A DNA stretch of 64,000 bases, taken from NCBI GenBank assembly GCA_040384705.1, contig JAZKIU010000001.1, forward strand, positions 340,026 through 404,025, written 5' to 3'. A program made the position numbers and the translations under genes. The first letter of the stretch is position 1, and each line of letters starts with the position of its first letter. Source of the stretch: Patescibacteria group bacterium. Its GTDB lineage: Bacteria > Patescibacteriota > Minisyncoccia > Phycocordibacterales > Phycocordibacteraceae. The notes beneath the pieces are model-generated. The model worked only from the letters and a program-made list of their open reading frames with translations. It was not told the origin of the DNA and did not search any database. Positions 27,693 to 36,100 of this stretch are shown piece after piece.

Positions 27693-27918
27693 ACCTGGCA
27701 TATACCACCACTTCAAAGACAGCGAGAAGCTGTATGAAGTTATGGGTATCGCCTTCCACACGGAAACCGAAGAAGACATGGTCCTGTATCGTCCGCTGTA
27801 CGAGGATGCGATCGCGCAGTTCGTCGTGCGACCCAAAGCGATGTTCATGGAAGAGGTAGACAAGCCTGAGCTCGGATACAAGGGTCCCCGCTTCATCTTC
27901 GTGCGGGACTCGCTCTAG
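27682..27918 (+). CDS. DUF1653-like small protein
   Basis: GIYHHFKDSEKLYEVMGIAFHTETEEDMVLYRPLY pattern; start ambiguous, alternative ATG at 27670. Confidence 0.5.
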   Translation: MEIKPGIYHHFKDSEKLYEVMGIAFHTETEEDMVLYRPLYEDAIAQFVVRPKAMFMEEVDKPELGYKGPRFIFVRDSL

Positions 27919-28083
27919 AAAGGCGTGATAGTCTAGGAGGGCCTTCATGCCACCTGTCATGAAGGCTTCACATGGCGCGTGCGACGGTACGCTCCTATGC
28001 ATACCGTCACCGCAGCGCGACCGATTAACAGGAACCTGTCAAGAACGCCCGGTAAGTTACGGGGCGTTCGGGCGTCATCATCA

Positions 28084-28587
28084 ATGGACCAAGAAGACTC
28101 ACAAGCATACTTCCTCGAGACGTACGACGCGTACGGAAGCGATATATTCCGCTTCTGCCTATTGAAGGTGTCCAGGCGGGAAGTTGCCGAGGATATAACG
28201 CAGGAGGTCTTCATGCGTTTCTGGCAGGCGCTGCGTGAGGGGACGGAGCTCCGCAACGCACGGGCCCTCCTCTATACGATGGCGCGCAACCTGGTCATCG
28301 ATTGGTACCGCAAGAAGAAGGAGTCATCGCTCGATGTCCTCCAGGACCTGGGCCTCGACTTCGCGAACGACGACTACAAGAAGATAACGCAGAACGCAGA
28401 GCATCAGGAGGTGCTCCGGGCCATCAATGAGCTCGATGCGCCATCGCGCGAGGCGCTCCTGCTCCGGTTCGTCGACGGGCTCTCGCCCCGCGACATAGCG
28501 GAGATAACGGGGGAGTCGGCAAACGCCATCTCGGTGCGCATCAATAGGGGTGTAAAGAAGGTGCAAGACATCATACGTGTTCAATGA
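28084..28587 (+). CDS. ECF-type RNA polymerase sigma-70 factor
   Basis: Region 2 DIFRFCLLKVSRREVAEDITQEVFMRFWQ; region 4 LLLRFVDGLSPRDIAEITGESANAISVRINRG; an upstream in-frame ATG at 27979 is also possible. Confidence 0.75.
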   Translation: MDQEDSQAYFLETYDAYGSDIFRFCLLKVSRREVAEDITQEVFMRFWQALREGTELRNARALLYTMARNLVIDWYRKKKESSLDVLQDLGLDFANDDYKKITQNAEHQEVLRAINELDAPSREALLLRFVDGLSPRDIAEITGESANAISVRINRGVKKVQDIIRVQ

Positions 28588-29594
28588 ACCACTACTTCAA
28601 CAATTTCATACGCGGTGTACGCGACCTTAAGCTATCCGATACCAGCTTCGCTCGTATCCGGACTACGCTTGCAAGCTACGCCGACCTCCACGCGATCCCT
28701 GAGCGCGGCCTTTCGGCTGCCCGCCCCTCGCCCTTCATGGTCTTCATCACCGCACGCCGCACCTCGTACGCGGGAGCGCTCCTCCTTTTCATATTTGTGA
28801 CGGGCGGCGGTGCTGCGCTTGGTGCGGAAGGCGCGGTCCCTGGCGACGCGCTCTATGGCCTCAAGACGAAGGTAAACGAGAAGGTCATCACCTCGTTCGC
28901 CAACAGCAATGAAGAGCGTGCCCGCGTATCGGCGCAGCTCGCCACCCGCAGGGCCGACGAAGCCATCGTCCTCCTGAAGGATGGTCGCCTCGATGAGGAG
29001 ACCGCCCTCTATCTCGGCCAGGAGCTTGCGACCCATGTGGAGCAGGCATCGGAGGAGGCGGACGCGCTCGAGGCGGAGGGGGACGTGAGCGCCTCGCTCC
29101 GCGTGCGCACCGAGCTCGAGGGTCAGCTCACCGCACGCGCGTATGCGCTTACCCCGCCTGAGCCACAGGAACCTGAAGCCGCAACAATGATGATGGCAGC
29201 CGACACGAATGTGCGTCAGTTCGCGAAGACCGCAGCATTCGCTCCAAGCCATGAGATGGAGCTCGCCGAGAGCTTCAGGGCGCAGGCGGGGAAGATAGCG
29301 GAAGCACGCCTGCACACGGAGATATCGCTCCTTCCGGGCATTGCCGCTACCGCCGATGTCGATCTCTCGCAGTTCGGGGGAGCCGATGAGAACGAAGTGA
29401 CCGCGGTCACTGCAGTGGCAGCATCTGATGCCGATAGTGCCGCGGTGATGCTCACCACTGATGCGAACGCGACGTCGACGATTGAACAGGCACCCATGCG
29501 TGCGAAGACGCGATACGAGGCGCCTAATAACGCATGGCCGAGCGGAGGAGCTGGGAGTGAAGTAAAGCCGCTCTGGCTCAATAAGGGTTATTAA
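28584..29594 (+). CDS. Putative anti-sigma factor / membrane-anchored partner of the ECF sigma
   Basis: ATGA start/stop overlap with the sigma gene; single TM YAGALLLFIFVTGGGAALGA then a helical acidic extracytoplasmic domain. Confidence 0.5.
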   Translation: MNHYFNNFIRGVRDLKLSDTSFARIRTTLASYADLHAIPERGLSAARPSPFMVFITARRTSYAGALLLFIFVTGGGAALGAEGAVPGDALYGLKTKVNEKVITSFANSNEERARVSAQLATRRADEAIVLLKDGRLDEETALYLGQELATHVEQASEEADALEAEGDVSASLRVRTELEGQLTARAYALTPPEPQEPEAATMMMAADTNVRQFAKTAAFAPSHEMELAESFRAQAGKIAEARLHTEISLLPGIAATADVDLSQFGGADENEVTAVTAVAASDADSAAVMLTTDANATSTIEQAPMRAKTRYEAPNNAWPSGGAGSEVKPLWLNKGY

Positions 29595-29624
29595 TCCTAC
29601 GCGTGCGCGTGGTAGGATTCGGGC

Positions 29625-31202
29625 ATGTTCTGGGCCGATCGCATAGCGAAAGAGATACAAGATACGAAAGGAGAACGCGCGCAGGCGAAGCCGCTTTTGA
29701 TACGTGACGAGAAGACCCTCTCCGGGCGCGTGCACATCGGCTCGATGCGTGGTGTCGCGATACACGGCGTCATTGCCGAAGTACTTACCGAATACGGTGT
29801 GGCGAACGAATACCAGTACGAGCTGAACGATTTCGATGATTTCGATTCGATACCCGGGTATCTCGATGAGGAGAAGTACCGGGAGCACCTCGGGAAGCCG
29901 CTCTACGCGGTACCGTCGCCCGAGCCTGACTTCGATAGCTATGCCGACTACTATGGCGATGAGTTCATGCGCGTGCACAAGAAAGCGGGATTCAATCCCA
30001 GCTACTACACCGCCCGCGAACTGTATGCGTCGGGCAGGATGGATGCCCTCATCAAGACGGCGCTCGAGCACGCGGCCGACATACGCCGTATACAGAAGGA
30101 GGTTTCGGGCTCGCAGAAGGAGGATAGCTGGCTCCCTATATCCGTCGTGTGCGAGCAGTGCGGGAAGATAAAGACGACCCGTGCGTTCGACTTCGACGGC
30201 ACGACCGTTGCGTATGTGTGCGATCAGAGCCCGTATGGCGCGGCGCCGTGCGGCAAGGAGGCACGCATATCGCCATATGGCGGTACCTCGAAGCTATTCT
30301 GGAAAGCGGACTGGGCCGCCAAGTGGGTCGCGGTCGGCGTCGATATCGAAGGCGCAGGCAAGGATCACTCGACCAAAGGAGGGTCGCGCGACGTGGCGAA
30401 CCATATCGTGCGCGAGGTCTTCGGGAATGAACCCCCGTTCGATATACCGTACGAGTTCTTCCTGGTGGGAGGGAAGAAGATGTCGTCGTCGAAAGGAAAG
30501 GGTTCGACCGCAAAAGAGATGAGCGATCTCTTCCCTGCTCCTGTGCTCCGGCTCGTCCTCATCGGCAAAGACATCAATCAGCAGATAGACGTCGACCCTT
30601 CCGGCGACTCAGTCCCACGCATGTACGATTGGTACGACGATCTCGCTGAAAAGGTGCGCCAGGGCGTCGCCGACGACTTCACCCGTCTTTATGCCCTCGC
30701 GCAGCTTCCGGAGAACCGTGCGGAGCTCACTGCTCCTTGGCAGTTCCGTTTCTCGCAAGTGGCGTTCGTCGTGCAGATGCCGCACCTCTCTCTCCTTGCG
30801 GAAGCCGAAGCAGTGAAAGGGGAGGCGCTTACGAACGAGGAGCAGGTGCTGCTCGAAGAACGTGCGGAATACGCGCGCTTCTGGTTGTCGACGTATGCTC
30901 CCGAGAGCTATCGCTATGAGATCCATGCGGAGATGCCGGAGATTGAATTCTCGGGGGCGCAGAAGCAAGCGCTCTCCCTCCTCGCCTCATTCGTGGAGAC
31001 TCCTCGTACAGGAGAAGAACTCCATCATCGTCTGCATGAGCTCAAGACCGAGGTCCCGATAGAGCCAAAGGAGCTGTTCGGCGCGCTCTATCAGCTCTTC
31101 CTCGGCCGCACGTCGGGCCCCAAAGCCGGCTGGTTCCTCTCCGTGCTTCCGCAGGATCTCGTACGCGAGCGGCTTCTCGCTGCTTCCGAGCAGAAAGGAT
31201 AG
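29625..31202 (+). CDS. lysK: Lysyl-tRNA synthetase, class I
   Basis: HIGSMRG (HIGH-like) and KKMSSSKGKG (KMSKS-like), the diagnostic class-I LysRS signatures; Zn-binding Cys cluster CEQCGK...C. Confidence 0.8.
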   Translation: MFWADRIAKEIQDTKGERAQAKPLLIRDEKTLSGRVHIGSMRGVAIHGVIAEVLTEYGVANEYQYELNDFDDFDSIPGYLDEEKYREHLGKPLYAVPSPEPDFDSYADYYGDEFMRVHKKAGFNPSYYTARELYASGRMDALIKTALEHAADIRRIQKEVSGSQKEDSWLPISVVCEQCGKIKTTRAFDFDGTTVAYVCDQSPYGAAPCGKEARISPYGGTSKLFWKADWAAKWVAVGVDIEGAGKDHSTKGGSRDVANHIVREVFGNEPPFDIPYEFFLVGGKKMSSSKGKGSTAKEMSDLFPAPVLRLVLIGKDINQQIDVDPSGDSVPRMYDWYDDLAEKVRQGVADDFTRLYALAQLPENRAELTAPWQFRFSQVAFVVQMPHLSLLAEAEAVKGEALTNEEQVLLEERAEYARFWLSTYAPESYRYEIHAEMPEIEFSGAQKQALSLLASFVETPRTGEELHHRLHELKTEVPIEPKELFGALYQLFLGRTSGPKAGWFLSVLPQDLVRERLLAASEQKG

Positions 31203-31265
31203 CCACTCCTGTCCGTCACACCGTGTTCATCATTTCCCTAACCGCTTCCACGTATCGTTCTGTTC

Positions 31266-31679
31266 ATGGGAGCGCTCGCTAAGCTCGGAGGCGCGATACT
31301 TATCGTCATCGCGCTCATCCTTTATATACGTACGCATGGGGGAGTCCCGAAGGCGACAGAGGTCGCGCAAGCGCCTTTGCTGGCTGCTGCGGTTGTTGCG
31401 CCCGCGAACCTGCCAGTCGCGATAGAAGGGAGCATCGTCACCGATGATGGCCCCTCATCGAACAGCGTGCCGTACCTCCTGTATAGCGAGGAGGGTACGA
31501 GGGTTGTAACGAAGCGGCTCGTGCTGACGGACGGCTACGCCTGCTACGCGGGAGATATCCCGTGCACGCCCGGAAGCGGGAACCCTGAACCGCTCCAGGC
31601 GGGCACGCGAGTCCGGGTGGAGGGACGCATAGAGGCGGATGTTATATACGTCTCACGCCTCGACGTCCTCGGCGGGTAG
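31266..31679 (+). CDS. Membrane-anchored hypothetical protein
   Basis: TM LGGAILIVIALILYI; no motif. Confidence 0.4.
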   Translation: MGALAKLGGAILIVIALILYIRTHGGVPKATEVAQAPLLAAAVVAPANLPVAIEGSIVTDDGPSSNSVPYLLYSEEGTRVVTKRLVLTDGYACYAGDIPCTPGSGNPEPLQAGTRVRVEGRIEADVIYVSRLDVLGG

Positions 31680-31698
31680 AATGGTATAGTAGGGCGTT

Positions 31699-32382
31699 AT
31701 GAGGTGGCACCATCATCGTATCTGGATACTCGCCGTGCTCGCGGTAAGCGGCATCGTGCTCGCATGGCTCATCACCATGACCCCCGTCCCCCCGGTAGTT
31801 GTCGCTCCTCAGCCGGTCGCGACCACGACCCCCGACCTTTCCGGTCGCGCTATCTATGCGAGCGGCGAGCACGGGTTCGCCATAAGCTACCCGGAGACTG
31901 CTCTGCTCGAGGAAATGTTCTCCCCGACTTATCATCTCGCTTCCTCGTGGAGGGCGAATGCACTTGCAGGCTCCGAAGGCACTCCTATCGTCGCGATAAT
32001 CGCATACAGCACCGAGAGCGATAGCTCGTATCCCCGCTACTACAACGCGCAGGTGCGCATCGGTAAGAGCGCGGACGCGAAGGAGGTAACGAACTGCCTG
32101 AAGCCAACGACGGAGCAGGGGGAAGTAGTCCTTGAGGACGTAACGATAGGCGGTATCGTCTGGAAAGCATTCTCCTTCCAGAACGCTGGCATGCAGCAGT
32201 ATGTTAAGGGCGTCAGCTATCGCAGCCTCCATGAGGGTTCCTGCTTCGCGCTCGAGAAGATAGCGGCGGGCTCAAGCTATCGCGATGACCCGGATAGTCC
32301 CGAGGACATAGCGGACGAGGCACTCGAGGCAAGGTACAAGGGCCTCGATAGCATCGTCGAGACCTTCTCCTTCGCTCGATAG
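31699..32382 (+). CDS. Membrane-anchored/secreted hypothetical protein
   Basis: TM IWILAVLAVSGIVLAWLI; no motif. Confidence 0.45.
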   Translation: MRWHHHRIWILAVLAVSGIVLAWLITMTPVPPVVVAPQPVATTTPDLSGRAIYASGEHGFAISYPETALLEEMFSPTYHLASSWRANALAGSEGTPIVAIIAYSTESDSSYPRYYNAQVRIGKSADAKEVTNCLKPTTEQGEVVLEDVTIGGIVWKAFSFQNAGMQQYVKGVSYRSLHEGSCFALEKIAAGSSYRDDPDSPEDIADEALEARYKGLDSIVETFSFAR

Positions 32383-32385
32383 CCC

Positions 32386-32886
32386 ATGTCGCCCTTGAGA
32401 CGCAACTCGCTCTTCGTACGGAATACCATCTTCGGTATCGAAGACAGCCTGGCCGCTACGGTCGGGCTTCTCTCAGGCCTTGCGGCCGAGAATATCTCTC
32501 ATGAGGTGCTGCTCCTCACCGGTTTCGTGTACATCTCCGTCGAAGCGTTCTCTATGGGCATCGGTAGCTTCCTCTCCGAGGAGTCGGCGCAGGAATACGA
32601 GGGAGTGCCAACGACGAACCTCCACACCTTGCTCGGCAGTCTTGCTATGTTCGCCTCCTGCATCATAGCGGGCTTGGTTCCGATCGTGCCCTACTTCTTC
32701 CTTGAGGATGAGCAAGCCCTTTTCGGTTCGATAGCGCTGTCGCTCATCGTGCTCGCAGCGCTTGGCGTTGTGCAGGCTCGCCTATCAGGGCGTTCCGTCC
32801 TCCCGCGCGTCCTCCGTATGGTCCTGCTTGGGGGCGCTGCTATCTTCGTGGGCGTCCTGGTTGGCAAGGCGTTCGGGCTATCCTAG
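32386..32886 (+). CDS. VIT1/CCC1-family membrane protein (short form)
   Basis: GIEDSLAATVGLLSGLAAE matches the VIT-family G.nDG...s.lv.Gvaaa motif; 4-5 TM helices. Confidence 0.5.
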   Translation: MSPLRRNSLFVRNTIFGIEDSLAATVGLLSGLAAENISHEVLLLTGFVYISVEAFSMGIGSFLSEESAQEYEGVPTTNLHTLLGSLAMFASCIIAGLVPIVPYFFLEDEQALFGSIALSLIVLAALGVVQARLSGRSVLPRVLRMVLLGGAAIFVGVLVGKAFGLS

Positions 32887-32949
32887 CGCCTTCATGGATA
32901 TTTTATATTCCAGCGCTATGCTGGATGAGTTAGCCACTAACCCCGCTCT

Positions 32950-33285
32950 ATGACCATAGTCCATTGGATCGTTTCCGCTCTTGCTATCGGTATCGCCGCG
33001 TATCTTATCCCTGGCATCGATGTGACCCTCGTGGGTGCGCTCGTGCTCGCCGTGGTGCTCGGCCTCATCAATGTGTTCCTGAAGCCGCTCATCGGGCTCA
33101 TCACGCTCCCGATAAACATCGTTACCCTCGGGCTCTTCTCGCTCGTCGTGAACGCGCTCCTCATCATGCTCGCGGGCATGGTGGTGCCGGGCTTCGCCGT
33201 CGATGGATTCTGGCCAGCATTCTTCTTCTCGATCGTCGTGTCGCTCATCAACGCGCTGTTTGGCGGGTTGGGCAAGCGAGCCTAG
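32950..33285 (+). CDS. DUF360 / holin-superfamily-4-like small membrane protein
   Basis: Four TM segments, VPGFAVDGFWPAFFFSIVVSLINALFGG motif typical of the YvlD/Mgra family. Confidence 0.5.
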   Translation: MTIVHWIVSALAIGIAAYLIPGIDVTLVGALVLAVVLGLINVFLKPLIGLITLPINIVTLGLFSLVVNALLIMLAGMVVPGFAVDGFWPAFFFSIVVSLINALFGGLGKRA

Positions 33286-33365
33286 ACTCATTTCGCGTCG
33301 GAACGCGCGCTGGTTATTACCAGCGCGCGTTCTCGTGTTAGCCACGTGCCGTATACTGGAGCGTA

Positions 33366-36095
33366 ATGGAGGGACCCATACGACCTATAGCCTCGCCCGA
33401 GGCCGAGCTTGCGTATCTTCGCGAGCAGATAGCCGCGAAGGAGGCGGAGCTCGCGCAGCTGCAGGAGAGCCGGCCGCGTGAAGAGATCGCGCATGAACGC
33501 ATACTGCATCATGCGCAGAATACGCAGGCGGAACACTATGCTCCTGGATATCAGCTACCTGCGGAATCAGTCGAGGCACTGACGCTTTCGCTCGACCCGG
33601 AACAGAACGATGAGACCATGGCCGAACTACGCACCCTCATCGAGACGAAAGGAGTGCGCAACGCGTTCGCGGTGCTCGAGAAGCTCAAGAGCCCGCACCT
33701 CGAGGATGATTTCCACCGGTTCCTCGTGCAGTACGTAGTGGCAGGCATGCAGGTGCAAGGCCTTCGTGAGAACGAGCCCGAGTGGAAGGCGCTACACATG
33801 AGCTTGTATGAGATAGCGCTGCCGGAGATGGCAGGAGGAGATGATAAAGATAGGGCACGGCCGCTGAAAGAGCTCCTCTCCTCCATGGAGCAGTTCTACG
33901 CCGGCATGCTCTCGCTCGAGCACGCGCATAAGGGTGAGCACCCGTACTTCTCGCTTGAGCTCGCGATAGCGGTCGATGCCCCCCACCTCATGTTCTATGC
34001 CGCGGTGCCCAATACCCGCCGTGACCTCTTCGAGAAGCAGCTTCTCGCCATATTCCCGAATGCAGTGGTGAAGATGCAGCCCAACGACTACAACATCTTC
34101 GTCGAGGATGGGACGAGCGTGGGCTCCTATGCGCTCCAGAAGGATAATCCGCTCCTTCCGCTCAAGGACTACACGGACTTCGACTACGACCCGCTCAACA
34201 CGCTCCTGAACGCATTCGCGAAGATATCGTCCGAAGGGGAAGGCGCTTCGCTCCAGATACTGCTCAAGCCCCGCGGCAACCACTACATCGAGCATTATAA
34301 GAAAGTGCTGCATGCGCTGCGCGAGGGGCAGTCACGCGCCAAGGCATTTTCCATACCGGAGACGTTCGTCGGCGATCTCGCCAAGGAGGCAGTGAACATA
34401 TTCACCTCGAGCAAGAAGATACCGCACGACCCTACCAAAGCCGACCAAGCAGCTATCGAGGCGCTCGAGAAGAAGATAGCGGCGCCGATAATAAATACGA
34501 ACATGCGCCTCGTGGTCTCTTCGAGGGATCCGCATAGGGCAGAGCAGATACTCACCGAGCTCGAGTCCGCCTTCAATCAGTTCGAGAATACGAAAGGGAA
34601 CCGGCTCGAATGGAAGCGTGCGAGCGGAGGTGACGCGAAGAAGCTCTTCCGCAATTTCTCGTACCGCTTGTTCGGCACACCATCGCTTCCGCTGTCGCTT
34701 CGCGAGGTGTCGACGATGTACCACTTCCCGCCCAAAGGCATCGAGTCATCGCCGCACCTCACCCAATCCCGCTTCACGAGCGCTGCGGCTCCTGTGGGCC
34801 TCCCGCAGGACGGGGTGCTGCTCGGTACGAACACGTTCCGCGGTTCGGCCACCGAGGTCAGGCTTGCGAACGAGGACCGTCTTCGCCATCTCTATGTCAT
34901 CGGGCAGACCGGTACGGGTAAGACATCGTTCATGAAGACGCTCATCGAGCAGGACATCAAGGCCGGGAACGGCGTCTGCTTCATCGACCCGCACGGCAAC
35001 GATATCCTCGACGTTCTCGCATCCATCCCGCCCGAGCGGTACGAAGACGTCATATACTTCGACCCGGCATACATCGATAGGCCGTTCGGTCTCAACTTGC
35101 TGGAATACGATGCCTCGCGCCCTGAGCAGAAGACATTCATCGTGAACGAGCTTCTCGCTATCTTCCGCAGGCTATATGGGGACGTGCCGGAGTCGATGGG
35201 CCCCGCCTTCGAGCAGTACTTCCGCAATGCGACCCTGCTCGTGATGGAGGACCCGGCATCGGGCTCCACCCTCATGGATATCGGCCGCGTGCTCTCGAAC
35301 AAGGCGTTCCGGGACATGAAGCTCGCAAAGTCCATGAACCCCATCGTGAACCAGTTCTGGAACGAGATAGCAACGCAGGCGGATGGGGAGGCATCACTCG
35401 CGAACATCGTGCCGTATATCACGAACAAGTTCGATGACTTCACTGCCAACGACTTCATGCGCCCTATCATCGGCCAGCAGGAGTCCTCCTTCAAGTTCCG
35501 CGACGTCATCGATGGGAAGAAGATACTGCTCGTGAACCTCTCGAAGGGACGGCTCGGCGAGCGCAACGCGAACCTGCTCGGGCTCATCCTCGTCGGGAAG
35601 CTCTTCATGGCAGCGCTCTCGCGGGCCGACGACCCCCGTGCCGACTTCCCGCCGTTCTATCTATACATAGACGAGTTCCAGAACATCACCACGGACTCCA
35701 TTCCGAGCATTCTTTCCGAGGCTCGCAAATACAAGCTTTCCCTCACCATCGCGCACCAGTTCCTGGCTCAAGTGGATGAGAAGGTGCGGGATGCGGTGTT
35801 CGGTAACGTTGGAAGCATGGCGGTGTTCCGGGTGGGCGAGGCGGACGGGGAATTTTTCGCCAAGCAGTTCGCTCCCGTGTTCGGAGCGCTCGATTTCGTG
35901 AACATCGAGAACTACAACGCCTACATACGCATGCTTTCGAAGGGAGTGCCGCAGAAGCCGTTCAACTTTAAATCAGTGCCGCCATCCACAGGCAACCTCG
36001 CGCAGGTGGACGATCTCCGCGAACTTTCCTACCTCACCTACGGGCGGGAACGTGCTACTGTTGAGAGCACTATAAGAAGCCGCTATCTTTCCTGA
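33366..36095 (+). CDS. Large P-loop ATPase of the VirB4/TraC/HerA superfamily (909 aa)
   Basis: Walker A YVIGQTGTGKTS followed by FIDPHGN; Walker B FYLYIDEFQN; ARKYKLSLTIAHQF; roughly 480 aa N-terminal domain without recognisable motif. Confidence 0.6.
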   Translation: MEGPIRPIASPEAELAYLREQIAAKEAELAQLQESRPREEIAHERILHHAQNTQAEHYAPGYQLPAESVEALTLSLDPEQNDETMAELRTLIETKGVRNAFAVLEKLKSPHLEDDFHRFLVQYVVAGMQVQGLRENEPEWKALHMSLYEIALPEMAGGDDKDRARPLKELLSSMEQFYAGMLSLEHAHKGEHPYFSLELAIAVDAPHLMFYAAVPNTRRDLFEKQLLAIFPNAVVKMQPNDYNIFVEDGTSVGSYALQKDNPLLPLKDYTDFDYDPLNTLLNAFAKISSEGEGASLQILLKPRGNHYIEHYKKVLHALREGQSRAKAFSIPETFVGDLAKEAVNIFTSSKKIPHDPTKADQAAIEALEKKIAAPIINTNMRLVVSSRDPHRAEQILTELESAFNQFENTKGNRLEWKRASGGDAKKLFRNFSYRLFGTPSLPLSLREVSTMYHFPPKGIESSPHLTQSRFTSAAAPVGLPQDGVLLGTNTFRGSATEVRLANEDRLRHLYVIGQTGTGKTSFMKTLIEQDIKAGNGVCFIDPHGNDILDVLASIPPERYEDVIYFDPAYIDRPFGLNLLEYDASRPEQKTFIVNELLAIFRRLYGDVPESMGPAFEQYFRNATLLVMEDPASGSTLMDIGRVLSNKAFRDMKLAKSMNPIVNQFWNEIATQADGEASLANIVPYITNKFDDFTANDFMRPIIGQQESSFKFRDVIDGKKILLVNLSKGRLGERNANLLGLILVGKLFMAALSRADDPRADFPPFYLYIDEFQNITTDSIPSILSEARKYKLSLTIAHQFLAQVDEKVRDAVFGNVGSMAVFRVGEADGEFFAKQFAPVFGALDFVNIENYNAYIRMLSKGVPQKPFNFKSVPPSTGNLAQVDDLRELSYLTYGRERATVESTIRSRYLS

Positions 36096-36100
36096 TACGT

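Noticed and set aside
28632-30071. 479 aa minus-strand ORF spanning the anti-sigma partner and lysK
   Set aside because: Overlaps two motif-supported plus-strand genes and spans their intergenic gap. Arg/Leu-rich shadow composition.
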